64,000 nucleotides of DNA from an uncultured Oligoflexia bacterium. Lineage in GTDB: Bacteria; Bdellovibrionota; UBA1018; CAZJVD01. Below are positions 10,673 through 19,954 of this stretch, in pieces. Positions within the stretch are counted from its first letter, which is position 1. Each line of letters begins with the position of its first letter. The notes under the pieces are model-generated. The model saw only the letters and a list, made by a program, of their open reading frames with translations. It did no database searches and was not told the DNA's origin. A program made the translations under genes and the position numbers. Location: positions 102,545 to 166,544 of the forward strand of contig CAZJVD010000004.1 of assembly GCA_964549505.1 (NCBI GenBank). The letters are read 5' to 3'.

Positions 10673-11763
10673 CGCGTGTGACGGATCCGATCGTCGAGCC
10701 GAGCGATATGGAACACGTGGAGAACGTGGATGGCGCCGGTCTGAAAGCGCTTTCCTTGCGCCCGCAAATTCTTTCGGAGTTTATTGGGCAGGCAAAGATT
10801 CGGGATCGCCTCGAGCTGTTTGTGCGGGCCGCGCGCCAACGCGGAGATGCACTCGATCATGTACTACTGGCTGGGCCACCGGGTCTCGGAAAGACGACGC
10901 TCGCTCACATCGTCGCGCATGAGATGGGTTCGCGCTTGCACTCAGTTGCTGGCCCCACGATTGAAAAAAAGGGAGATCTCGCGGCAGTTTTGACCGGACT
11001 CGAAGCGCAGGATGTTCTCTTCATCGATGAGATTCATCGCCTACCGCGCGCGATCGAAGAAGTTCTCTACTCAGCGATGGAGGATTTTCGTCTCGATCTG
11101 ATCGTCGGTCAAGGCACGGGAGCGAAGACGATCACGATCGATCTTCCAAAGTTTACGTTGGTTGGTGCGACGACCCGAACAGGGCTCTTAACGGGACCGC
11201 TGCGCGATCGTTTCGGTGTCTTGCTCCGAATTGATTTTTATCCCGAAGGAGAGCTTCGACAGATCGTGGAACGATCGGCGACGAAGCTGGGTGTTTCGAT
11301 TTCAAATGACGGTGCTTTCGAGATCGCCAAGCGCGCACGCGGAACCCCACGGGTCGCCAATCGATTGTTGCGTCGGGTACGGGACTGCGCTCAGGTTGAG
11401 CAAACGAGTGGGACGCCCAAGATTGACCGTGCGATCGCCGATAGCGCGCTCGAGATGCTCGAGATTGATGGGCGAGGTCTCGATAGTCTCGATCGCAAAT
11501 TCTTGCTCACCTTGATTGAAAAGTTTGATGGTGGTCCAGCGGGTATCGAGACACTGGCAGCGGCTATCGGTGAAGAGCGCGAGACCCTCGAAGATGTCGT
11601 CGAGCCGTTTCTCGTTCAGCAGGGATTTTTACAGCGCACTCCACGCGGACGACTGGCCACACGCTTGGCTTTTGAGCACTTCGGTCGCGCCTGGGAAGAG
11701 AAAGATAACGCACCGACCCCACCGCTTTCATCCGTTGTTTTTCCGCAACAGCCAGACGTCTAG
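10669..11763 (+). CDS. ruvB: Holliday junction DNA helicase RuvB
   Basis: '[12 protein letters not shown]', Walker A 'GPPGLGKTT' and a Walker B '[10 protein letters not shown]'. Confidence 0.93.
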   Translation: MTRVTDPIVEPSDMEHVENVDGAGLKALSLRPQILSEFIGQAKIRDRLELFVRAARQRGDALDHVLLAGPPGLGKTTLAHIVAHEMGSRLHSVAGPTIEKKGDLAAVLTGLEAQDVLFIDEIHRLPRAIEEVLYSAMEDFRLDLIVGQGTGAKTITIDLPKFTLVGATTRTGLLTGPLRDRFGVLLRIDFYPEGELRQIVERSATKLGVSISNDGAFEIAKRARGTPRVANRLLRRVRDCAQVEQTSGTPKIDRAIADSALEMLEIDGRGLDSLDRKFLLTLIEKFDGGPAGIETLAAAIGEERETLEDVVEPFLVQQGFLQRTPRGRLATRLAFEHFGRAWEEKDNAPTPPLSSVVFPQQPDV

Positions 11764-11926
11764 AGTTGTAGACTTCCAACGCTTTGCTGGGCATATCGCG
11801 CAGCATTAAATTCGACCTATTTAAACTACTGTTATTGTAGCCGTTTTTCCCTTATTGAAAGGGAGGTTTGGGAGTCCCATCGGCATGTGTGTTGCTCTAC
11901 GGACAGGTTGGGTGGGGAAAGAATCT

Positions 11927-12829
11927 ATGACCAATCGCGAATGCACCATCGGAAAAGACATCAGTTTGGAAGGCATCGGCCTTCACAGTGGTCGGCCTGC
12001 GCGCATGACGTTGCGACCGGCTCGTCCCGGTACAGGGATTGTTTTTGTAAGAGCGGATCTGCCATCGCGTCCGCGTATTGAAGCGCGCTTTGATCAAGTT
12101 TCGGGAACGACTCTAGCGACGACACTCGGTACAGGTGATGTTCGTGTCGCGACGACGGAGCATCTCTTGTCCGCGTTTTATGGAATGGGTATCGACAATG
12201 CGACGGTCGAGCTCACGTCAGCGGAACTCCCCATCATGGATGGAAGTTCGCGCGATTTTGTCACGGCGATCGAAGCAGCCGGAATCCACGAACAACTCGA
12301 GCATCGTCGGCTTGTGAAACTCAAGCGTTCGGTCCAGGTGTTTCTTGGTGATAAGTGGGCGGTCGCAGAGCCATCGGCTCGCTTTCAAGTGCATACACGC
12401 GTTTCGTTTCCACATCCTGCAATTGGTGAGCAAGAGCTGTCCTTCGAAGATGGCCGCGACTCTTTCCGCGATATCGCCTCAGCGCGAACATTTGGTTTTG
12501 CTCATGAGGTCGAACATCTCCGTAAAAATGGTTTAGCGCTCGGCGGTTCGTTAGAAAATGCGGTTGTTTTCTCGCCGACAGGCGTGATGAACCCGGAAGG
12601 CCTACGTTTTCCAGATGAAGTGGTTCGTCACAAGATGCTCGACGCGCTCGGGGACTTCATGTTGGCCGGAATTCGCTTTGAAGCTGCTTTTGTATTAAAC
12701 AAGTCGGGTCATGACCTTCATCAGAAACTCCTGGCTGCGATCTTTGAGAACTCGGCCAACTACGCGATCGTGGACTCCCGTCCTGCCGCGCTTCAACCGC
12801 GCGTTTCCGCGCTTACGGCGGTCAGCTAG
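11927..12829 (+). CDS. lpxC: UDP-3-O-acyl-N-acetylglucosamine deacetylase
   Basis: 'GIGLHSGRPARMTL' and 'HLLSAF' regions of LpxC. The start was trimmed to 'MTNRECTIGK'. Confidence 0.88.
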   Translation: MTNRECTIGKDISLEGIGLHSGRPARMTLRPARPGTGIVFVRADLPSRPRIEARFDQVSGTTLATTLGTGDVRVATTEHLLSAFYGMGIDNATVELTSAELPIMDGSSRDFVTAIEAAGIHEQLEHRRLVKLKRSVQVFLGDKWAVAEPSARFQVHTRVSFPHPAIGEQELSFEDGRDSFRDIASARTFGFAHEVEHLRKNGLALGGSLENAVVFSPTGVMNPEGLRFPDEVVRHKMLDALGDFMLAGIRFEAAFVLNKSGHDLHQKLLAAIFENSANYAIVDSRPAALQPRVSALTAVS

Positions 12830-12847
12830 TACGGGCGGCAGTACCGG

Positions 12848-13687
12848 ATGACCGTCGAAGCGGTTGGCTTTCTTCAGGACACGGCCTTTCGTATTTTGGA
12901 TCGCTTTCGACGCGAGCGATTGTCATTGGCACTTTCGGTGCGGCGACTTCGTTTTGAGTCATTGAGCGCCTGTCCCTCGTGCGCGTCATCGTCTGAGGCG
13001 TGGAGTGTTGGTCCCGAGGGCCGTGACTTTCGAGCACGTATTCGAACATCCGAGTGCACGCGCTGTTCACTGGTTTTTCAAAATCCCCGCCTGACGTCCG
13101 AATCAGCTTCGATGTTTTATCGGCGTTACTATCGCAACTCGTTTCATACGAGGCAGAAGTCGGAACAGCTTTTTGCGCGGTCGTGCCGGCGAGGGAGTGA
13201 GATTGTAAAGTTTCTCGGCCAGGACTTGGATGGTGTGCGATCTGCTCTCGAAGTCGGATGCGGGTACGGCGGAATTCTCGTCGCGCTTGCTCGGCGTGGG
13301 ATTGATGTGCAGGGCTGCGATGAAAATCCGATGTCGGTTTCTGTTGCGACAGCGCACGGAGTTCCTGTCACGCTTGGTGGATTCGATGCGCTGCCCGAGA
13401 GGCGCTACGATTTGATTATTCTTTCCCATGTTCTCGAGCACGTGGATCAGCCTGTTCCGTTTCTTGAGCGGCTCAAGTCGTTACTCGCGCCGGGAGGTAG
13501 CATCTTTATTGAGGTCCCACGTATCGTGGCATCGACGGAGGATCGGGTTTTCCAGTTAGGGCACGTGCTTTATTTTGATTCTAAGTCTTTAGCGAACGTA
13601 TTGAGTAGAGTAGGGCTTTCAATTCAGAAACTCGAGGACCGTCGAGACGTCCTTCGTCGGCTTGTTACAGCGACGGCCGTATCATGA
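12848..13687 (+). CDS. Class I SAM-dependent methyltransferase
   Basis: Motif I 'LEVGCGYGGILVALARRG'. No further assignment. Confidence 0.65.
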   Translation: MTVEAVGFLQDTAFRILDRFRRERLSLALSVRRLRFESLSACPSCASSSEAWSVGPEGRDFRARIRTSECTRCSLVFQNPRLTSESASMFYRRYYRNSFHTRQKSEQLFARSCRRGSEIVKFLGQDLDGVRSALEVGCGYGGILVALARRGIDVQGCDENPMSVSVATAHGVPVTLGGFDALPERRYDLIILSHVLEHVDQPVPFLERLKSLLAPGGSIFIEVPRIVASTEDRVFQLGHVLYFDSKSLANVLSRVGLSIQKLEDRRDVLRRLVTATAVS

Positions 13688-13743
13688 CTGACGACCGACG
13701 TTGACTTTGAGTTTTCGTTTTCATAATTTGGGTTTTTCCAAAT

Positions 13744-13821
13744 CGGGGTGTGGCGCAGCCTGGCTAGCGCACTTGCTTGGGGTGCAAGAGGTCGTGGGTT
13801 CAAATCCCGCCACCCCGACCA
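13744..13821 (+). tRNA. tRNA-Pro (anticodon GGG)
   Basis: Cloverleaf read by eye: acceptor CGGGGTG/CACCCCG, anticodon arm CTTGC-TTGGGGT-GCAAG, T-loop TTCAAAT and an encoded CCA. Confidence 0.8.
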
Positions 13822-13835
13822 TAGCTCATAAAAAA

Positions 13836-13886
13836 GTAAAGAGGCAGGTCTCGCTTGCGAGATGACCTGCCTCTTTACTTTTTTAT
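13836..13886 (+). terminator. Rho-independent terminator after tRNA-Pro
   Basis: 15-bp perfect stem GTAAAGAGGCAGGTC/GACCTGCCTCTTTAC followed by T8 'ttttttat'. An A-tract sits upstream, so it may be bidirectional. Confidence 0.7.
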
Positions 13887-14023
13887 GAGCGGATGGAGTG
13901 ACGGAGATGGAACTCAGGCGTGGGTTCCTCATTTTTAGCAGGATGCTAAAAATGCGCGCGAGCCCTGAGCGAAGCGAAGGGTCGAGGCTAGGATGGCCGA
14001 GACAAATCCCGCCACCCCGACCA
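13848..14023. repeat. 176-bp direct repeat copy 1, ending in a 21-bp copy of the tRNA-Pro 3' end (att-like)
   Basis: Identical by eye to 14778-14953. The last 21 nt 'caaatcccgccaccccgacca' equal tRNA-Pro 13801-13821. Confidence 0.85.
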
Positions 14024-14037
14024 ATGCTCGACCGCGG

Positions 14038-14064
14038 CATTTCGATACTGAATGTATCGAAATG
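14038..14064. repeat. Perfect 11-bp inverted repeat (CATTTCGATAC-tgaat-GTATCGAAATG)
   Basis: It sits 15 bp after repeat copy 1 and 60 bp downstream of the higA-like stop on the minus strand. Confidence 0.8.
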
Positions 14065-14123
14065 AGCGCGGCGCATTTTCAACGACAGCCAGTACCTTAA
14101 ATCCGGAGCTTCAATCACAGTTG

Positions 14124-14444
14124 TTATGCCGCTTCCACAGTCACTTTCAATTTAAGTCCACCTTCTCGGACCGCGTCTTGGAGTGCGAGTTGAACTAAGA
14201 CACTCGGAGGATGGCCAAAGGCTTTGGCAAATCTCGCAGCTTGTTCTGGGCTGACCAGTCTTCGTCCTTTTTCCACGTCACAAAGATATTGCCTGGAAAC
14301 ACCAAGTTTTTTGGCAAATACCGTCTGAGACAGGTCATCTCTTAAGCGGAGTGACTCGACAGCCATGCCAAAAGTCAGAGGACCATCGAGAAGCCCTTCA
14401 ATAAACTCACGCTCCGAAGAGCTGTTCGATTTTTTTATAGTCAT
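14124..14444 (-). CDS. HigA-type antitoxin (XRE-family HTH)
   Basis: 'TVFAKKLGVSRQYLCDVEKGRR' is a classic XRE helix-turn-helix. It lies downstream of and overlaps a RelE/HigB-like toxin ORF. The start may be the internal Met at 14366. Confidence 0.7.
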   Translation of the reverse strand: MTIKKSNSSSEREFIEGLLDGPLTFGMAVESLRLRDDLSQTVFAKKLGVSRQYLCDVEKGRRLVSPEQAARFAKAFGHPPSVLVQLALQDAVREGGLKLKVTVEAA

Positions 14445-14715
14445 GCTTGTTTACCTCTTCAATCAGGACAAATTCGATCGAATCCCGTACGATTCGATAA
14501 TATCCACGATAACCCAACGAAAGCCTAAAAGAGCGGATTCCCTTCAATTTTCCGTGCAGTGGTTCATCATGATAACCAGATATTTTCTGGATTTCCGCTA
14601 GACCCACTTCACGCACGGTTCGCTCCCAAGTCGCATAAGCCTGGGCCACTTGCTTTGGTGCCCTTTCTAGGCTCTTACGCGCCCGTTTGGTTGAACGAAC
14701 CAAGGTGATCATCAC
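14407..14715 (-). CDS. RelE/ParE-superfamily toxin (HigB-like, toxin-first arrangement)
   Basis: 102 aa. 'HGKLKGIRSFRLSLGYRGYYRIVRDSIEFVLIEEV' resembles the RelE C-terminal core and the protein has the size expected for this family. Confidence 0.65.
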   Translation of the reverse strand: MMITLVRSTKRARKSLERAPKQVAQAYATWERTVREVGLAEIQKISGYHDEPLHGKLKGIRSFRLSLGYRGYYRIVRDSIEFVLIEEVNKHDYKKIEQLFGA

Positions 14716-14777
14716 AAATCCATTATTACGTCAAATAGACGTACTTGTCAATAAATTTAGTAGTGGAGGAAAATCGC

Positions 14778-14953
14778 GTCTCGCTTGCGAGATGACCTGC
14801 CTCTTTACTTTTTTATGAGCGGATGGAGTGACGGAGATGGAACTCAGGCGTGGGTTCCTCATTTTTAGCAGGATGCTAAAAATGCGCGCGAGCCCTGAGC
14901 GAAGCGAAGGGTCGAGGCTAGGATGGCCGAGACAAATCCCGCCACCCCGACCA
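14778..14953. repeat. 176-bp direct repeat copy 2, ending in the tRNA-Pro 3' 21-mer
   Basis: It matches 13848-14023, and the two copies bracket the toxin-antitoxin pair. Confidence 0.85.
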
Positions 14954-15060
14954 TTTGTTTAAAATTTCTTTCGGCCAGAACCAAAAATCAACAAACACAA
15001 ACCCTTGAAAACAGGGAGAGGGTCTGAACCCTCGCTCCAGGCATCTTGTGCGAATGTTTA

Positions 15061-15909
15061 TTACATTCCCTTCTGATAGCTAATCTCTCGGATCTTAGGC
15101 GTCTCTGTATTGAACGATTCAAGATAGTCGAGGTAAATTCGAACTCGTGGCTTGTTCATTACCGCGATTTCTTTACCCCCAACAGGTAGTACCTGAGGCT
15201 CGCGAAGCGCCAGATTTACAAGAAGCCAGCTCTGGGAAATCGATAAGGTAGTGCCTTTTGTGCAATGCTTATCATCAATCTTAAGACATCCAACCAAACG
15301 AAGGTCTACGGTTCCGTCGAAGTCGTAATCAACAGCAACCTGAATACGATAAGGACTGACGTCATCCCCAAAGTTAACGCTATCTACACGTGCATCCAAG
15401 CCATTATGGCGAACATGCTCAATTTGTTCGTCGGATAGCGCGACTTTTCCGATCATCGGAGTGTCCATGGATACATCGGGAATGAACCAATTCTTGGTTT
15501 GCTCCACAATTTCGTCCCCAAGCAACTCAACCGAAGCAATCCCAAATGGTTTGTCGGGGCCAGTAAAGGTTATTTTGACTTCTTGGCCAGTTCTAAATGA
15601 TTTTTCTAATTTTCTCTGCTCGGCGTCGGAAACATCATAGCAACCACCGCAATTCGAAATCTCCAAAGCAGGCGCCTTCGCACAGACGTTGAAACCCCAG
15701 TCAGCTGCCGGGTAATCGTAGTTTCCTTGCTTGTTGAGAGAAAATAAAGGGCCGCTGTTGCGGACAGCCGAAAGGCCAACAACCTTTCCTACATAAGGAT
15801 CAACTGCTGACTGTTGGGCGGCCGCGGTCGCGCCCCAAAGCAAAAGGGCAGTGTTTATGGAATGAATCACACTTCTTTTTCCGCTGAAAATGCTCGTTAA
15901 AATGTTCAC
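15061..15909 (-). CDS. Secreted hypothetical protein, paralog A of a two-member family
   Basis: Signal peptide 'ALLLWGATAAAQQ'. It aligns by eye along its length with ORF 17012..17881: 'YVGKVVGLSA', 'FPAADWGF', 'QRKLE.SFRTGQEVKI' and C-terminal 'TETPKIREI.Y..GM'. Confidence 0.6.
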   Translation of the reverse strand: MNILTSIFSGKRSVIHSINTALLLWGATAAAQQSAVDPYVGKVVGLSAVRNSGPLFSLNKQGNYDYPAADWGFNVCAKAPALEISNCGGCYDVSDAEQRKLEKSFRTGQEVKITFTGPDKPFGIASVELLGDEIVEQTKNWFIPDVSMDTPMIGKVALSDEQIEHVRHNGLDARVDSVNFGDDVSPYRIQVAVDYDFDGTVDLRLVGCLKIDDKHCTKGTTLSISQSWLLVNLALREPQVLPVGGKEIAVMNKPRVRIYLDYLESFNTETPKIREISYQKGM

Positions 15910-16145
15910 TTTAGGACTCCTTACAGCAAACAGTTAAATTCGTATTCGAGAAGTGCTTTTATCCTATTTTGACGCAATAGGAAATACATCGTTGATCCGT
16001 GGTTAACCAACTGAAAGTTTTAAGTATTTCTCGGCAACCAGGTTTCCAAGATCAGCTCCGCAAAGCCAAGATCAAGAAGCGCATCAAAATTGAAGACGCT
16101 GCCTAGTGCGGACTTTCAACGCCCCGCACTTAAGTCTTGCTATAA

Positions 16146-17030
16146 TTGACGCCTATCGTTAACCACCCATCTGTTATGAGAGCCTTTTTCTCTGTTCTAG
16201 CAGCTCTGTCCTTTTGGGCATCTGCGTCTGAAATCTGTTTGGCCGAAGACGACGGTGCGATACAGGCGTTGCTTAGGGGGGCCCGCGATGCATCTGAAGC
16301 CCATCGCGTGCTTGATGAGCACTTCGGGCGATTTCTCACCTACGCCGATAGACCCACGACAAGCCGAAAATTGAACAGGTTCGTCGTTCGGGTTGGGCGA
16401 GCTGGTCTGGAAAGTTTGCCGGATAGAGCGCTGTTTGCGACTTTGGTTCGGGCAACCCCTGACATCCACCAAGGATTTCGTCGTGACTGGGAATCACAGC
16501 AAACTCAATTGACAGCGCATGATCGAAGGTGGCTTGGAATTCTCCTTGCAGCCGAGTTAACTCGATTGGGCCTAACCCATCATTATTATGAAGACCGGCC
16601 CCTGAGACATGATGGAGTCCGATACGTTTCGACTGCTTTCGCATTACCGATTGCTACAGCATTGTATTTTGCGACAGGCACCTTAGAGGTAATTAAGGAT
16701 AATTTGTATCTAGATCCCATGATCAGCCCTGTTCATCAGTTGAATTTTTTCGTAGCCGCTTTGGCGGTTGGTTATGCCCTCGGGAGGAGCGTTGAATGGG
16801 CTTATGCTCGAATCGCACTTAGAAGTACACGGTCGTCTTTAGAAGAGCTCCTTGGCTTTATCGAAAGAAACGATCTCGAGGGTTCTGTGGATAACGCCGC
16901 TTCTTACGCTGAACATCACCAAGCTCGGCTTCAACAGTACCTTCGGTATGCTTTGGGGCCGGATGAGTCGCCTCTCTGTAAAACTAAATTGGCGGCCGGC
17001 CACTCGAGTCTTCACATGCCCGTGAAATAG
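16146..17030 (+). CDS. Hypothetical protein (N-terminal signal/TM, helical)
   Basis: 294-aa ORF between the two paralogs with consistent coding character. No motif recognised. Confidence 0.45.
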   Translation: MTPIVNHPSVMRAFFSVLAALSFWASASEICLAEDDGAIQALLRGARDASEAHRVLDEHFGRFLTYADRPTTSRKLNRFVVRVGRAGLESLPDRALFATLVRATPDIHQGFRRDWESQQTQLTAHDRRWLGILLAAELTRLGLTHHYYEDRPLRHDGVRYVSTAFALPIATALYFATGTLEVIKDNLYLDPMISPVHQLNFFVAALAVGYALGRSVEWAYARIALRSTRSSLEELLGFIERNDLEGSVDNAASYAEHHQARLQQYLRYALGPDESPLCKTKLAAGHSSLHMPVK

Positions 17031-17881
17031 CCGATTTCTCGAATCTTTGGAGTTTCAGTAGCGAACCATTCTAAGTAGTCCAGACGAATCCGAATACGCG
17101 GAATCCACTTCTTCTCGCTCTCGAGTTTATCCAGCTTCAGTAACCTTCGTATGTCATCAGCTAACGGACGTCGTTCCAAAGTCTTTCTAAAGGGTTCTGA
17201 TAGAACGAGGTCAACGAGGAGCGACGTTTGCGAAGTCGACAAGGTTGTGCCGGATACGCAGTCCTTATCCTCCGGCCCCAGACATCCCACCAAACGAAGG
17301 TCGGCGACTTCATCAAAGTTATAATCAATCGCAAAGTGAAATCGAAACGGGCTGATCTCGTCGCCCATCTGACTGGACAGTAGGCCAGCCTCTAAACCGT
17401 TATGACGGACGTACTCTAGATATTCGTTCGACAGCGGCACACGCGCGATCATCGGGACAGCTGACAGCTTACTCGGTCGGAGCCAGTCGGTGCTTTCCGC
17501 GATTTCGTCACCCACCAGATCAACGGACTCAATATCAAACACTTGATCTTTAGGAGTGTGGCCGATCTTAACTTCCTGACCCGTTCGAAAAGACGTTTCC
17601 AACTTTCGTTGGTCGATTTCCGAAAGGTCGTAGCATTTGCCGCAATCTGAGTAATACGCCGGCGGAACAGTCCGCTGACAAACGCTGAAACTCCAATCGC
17701 CCGCAGGAAAAACGTAGCTGTCTTTCTTGTTGAGAGCAAACACGGGCCCACAGTCGCGCTTGGCCGAGAGACCCACAACCGTTCCAACATAGGAATTAAC
17801 ATCAGCTTCCTGGCCGAATGCGGGTGCACCACAGACGAGGAAGCCCAGTAGCGGAGCGAGGTTCAACGTACGGACATTCAT
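17012..17881 (-). CDS. Secreted hypothetical protein, paralog B
   Basis: Signal peptide 'LLGFLVCGAPAFGQ' and the same conserved blocks as 15061..15909. Confidence 0.6.
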   Translation of the reverse strand: MNVRTLNLAPLLGFLVCGAPAFGQEADVNSYVGTVVGLSAKRDCGPVFALNKKDSYVFPAGDWSFSVCQRTVPPAYYSDCGKCYDLSEIDQRKLETSFRTGQEVKIGHTPKDQVFDIESVDLVGDEIAESTDWLRPSKLSAVPMIARVPLSNEYLEYVRHNGLEAGLLSSQMGDEISPFRFHFAIDYNFDEVADLRLVGCLGPEDKDCVSGTTLSTSQTSLLVDLVLSEPFRKTLERRPLADDIRRLLKLDKLESEKKWIPRIRIRLDYLEWFATETPKIREIGYFTGM

Positions 17882-17952
17882 TTGCGATCTCCTTGAAAAG
17901 TCCTTCTATCACCAATTGACGCAATCGCATATTCAGGGTAGACCATGTCGCC

Positions 17953-18642
17953 ATGCGAAACCGTAACAGAGTCCTTTTTATCGCGGTGAGTTTGCTTCTT
18001 ATGCCGGTGTCTCAGGTGTTCGGTGGGACTACGGAAACACCATTTGACACTCTTAGTACCCGGGGATTTGACCGGAAAACTACGTACGGACTCACGAGGC
18101 GGCCAAGACATGATTTGAACCTCGTCGGGCAAAATGAACGCGTGCCAAGATCGTGTTTGAACGCGCTTTTGGCGTTTCCGGGTATGAACTGGTTCCTTGG
18201 ACGACCCCACGAGGACTTTGTCGCTGTAGGTTCGGAATCAGAAGAAATCCTTAGAGAGGCTTGGGGTTACGATATCGAAATGATTCCGATCACGGATCTT
18301 GAGGCTTTTGTTCCAGCGGGAAGTGTCACCCGATATGTGACCGATTCAATAGCGGGACTGCGGACAGTTGCCTTCCAATCTCCTAAGATTGAGTATACGC
18401 GGGAAATTCCAGAAAAAGTTTTGACGCGCTTGAAGACGTTCCGCGGTGTGGGTGGCGAACCCAAAGCTGTACTTTTTGATACCGGCCCTACGGTGAATGG
18501 CTTTCTCAAATCAGTGAGTCGTCAGAGTGACTCCAGTGATGGCGCGCTGATTTTGCAAATCGTTTCAGCGGACAGCATCATTCATTCAGTGGTATTGAGC
18601 GGACCGTCGCCCAATTACCTCTTTCGACGGACGAATCAATGA
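17953..18642 (+). CDS. Secreted hypothetical protein
   Basis: 229 aa with signal peptide 'LFIAVSLLLMPVSQVFG'. Divergent from paralog B. Confidence 0.45.
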   Translation: MRNRNRVLFIAVSLLLMPVSQVFGGTTETPFDTLSTRGFDRKTTYGLTRRPRHDLNLVGQNERVPRSCLNALLAFPGMNWFLGRPHEDFVAVGSESEEILREAWGYDIEMIPITDLEAFVPAGSVTRYVTDSIAGLRTVAFQSPKIEYTREIPEKVLTRLKTFRGVGGEPKAVLFDTGPTVNGFLKSVSRQSDSSDGALILQIVSADSIIHSVVLSGPSPNYLFRRTNQ

Positions 18643-18709
18643 GTTACCGACGCTGTTTACGAACCCAGTCGCTCGGCTAATCTACGAAAAATAAGTTACT
18701 CTAGCAGGA

Positions 18710-19954
18710 GTGTCACCTCTATCTCACTCTACGGAAGGTCTGCGTCCGCCGAATACGACGTTTACGGGTTACGAGCGATTTGTGATCGCGCTCTTGGCGT
18801 TCTTACAGTTCTCGATTGTTTTAGACTTTATGATTCTTTCGCCGCTGGGGGCTTTCTTAATGCCCGCGCTGGCGATCACACCCTCTGAATTTGGTTGGGT
18901 GGTTTCCGTTTACGCTTTTGCAGCGGGACTTTCGGGGTTTATCACGGCAGGGTTCGCCGATCGATTCGATCGGAAGAAGTTTTTACTTTTTTATTATACC
19001 GGGTTTGTGTTGGGAACGTTGCTTTGTGGCCTGGCACCCTCGTACACGACGCTTCTGGTAGCGCGTATTATCACTGGCATCTTTGCTGGAGCGATCGGTT
19101 CGATCGTGTTTTCGATTGTGACGGACCTGTTTCGGTTCGAGGTTCGCGGGCGTGTGATGGGTGTGGTGCAGACGGCGTTTGCCGCTAGTCAGGTCTTGGG
19201 GCTTCCGTTGGGGCTTTATTTTTCGAATCTCTACGGATGGCACGCGCCTTTTCTACTGATCGTCGGCGTTGCTACGGCTGGCGGTTTTGCGATTCTTTGG
19301 GGACTCAGGCCTGTGCGAGGTCATTTGACACCCACTGGGGGCGGAGTCGATCGCAGTCCGCTCCATCACCTGTTTGATACGTTGAAACAGCCGCGCTATC
19401 TCTTTGCGTTTGCGACGACAGCGCTTCTCAGTACGGGCGGGTTCATGATCATGCCGTTTTCGAGCGCGTTTACGGTGAATAATGTTGGTATCTCGACTGA
19501 GCTTTTGCCGCGCGTGTACTTCATCACGGGTATCGTCGCTGCCGTTGCAGGTCCGCTCTTGGGGCGCGCGACGGACAGGTGGGGATCCTTTCGATTATTT
19601 GTATTTGGAACCGCTCTCAGTGCGCTGATGGTCTGGATCTACACGCATCTTTCGATCACGCCGTTGGTTTGGATGGTTGTGATCAACTCGGTTCTTTTTG
19701 TCGGGATATCAGCGCGGATTATTTCCTCTCAAACATTGCTGTCGACAATTCCCGATCCGAAACACCGCGGTGCTTTTATGGCGGTTGGAGCATCGGTCCA
19801 GCAGCTCTCAGGCGGACTTGCCTCGGCCTTAGCGGGACTGATTGTGGTTCAAGAGATGAACGGTCAGTTGGGGCATTTTGACAGGCTGGGGTACGTGGTG
19901 ATCGCGTCGATGGTGTTTACGTTACTCATGATGCGAAGACTATCGACTCGATAG
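18710..19954 (+). CDS. MFS transporter
   Basis: 12-TM pattern, '[10 protein letters not shown]' loop 2-3 MFS signature and '[10 protein letters not shown]'. GTG start. Confidence 0.8.
   Translation: MSPLSHSTEGLRPPNTTFTGYERFVIALLAFLQFSIVLDFMILSPLGAFLMPALAITPSEFGWVVSVYAFAAGLSGFITAGFADRFDRKKFLLFYYTGFVLGTLLCGLAPSYTTLLVARIITGIFAGAIGSIVFSIVTDLFRFEVRGRVMGVVQTAFAASQVLGLPLGLYFSNLYGWHAPFLLIVGVATAGGFAILWGLRPVRGHLTPTGGGVDRSPLHHLFDTLKQPRYLFAFATTALLSTGGFMIMPFSSAFTVNNVGISTELLPRVYFITGIVAAVAGPLLGRATDRWGSFRLFVFGTALSALMVWIYTHLSITPLVWMVVINSVLFVGISARIISSQTLLSTIPDPKHRGAFMAVGASVQQLSGGLASALAGLIVVQEMNGQLGHFDRLGYVVIASMVFTLLMMRRLSTR

Noticed and set aside
13700-19000. Searched for an integrase, recombinase or transposase to go with the tRNA-Pro att-like repeats
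   Set aside because: None of the ORFs between tRNA-Pro and the MFS gene shows tyrosine/serine recombinase or DDE motifs. Mobility of the island therefore cannot be supported from this window.
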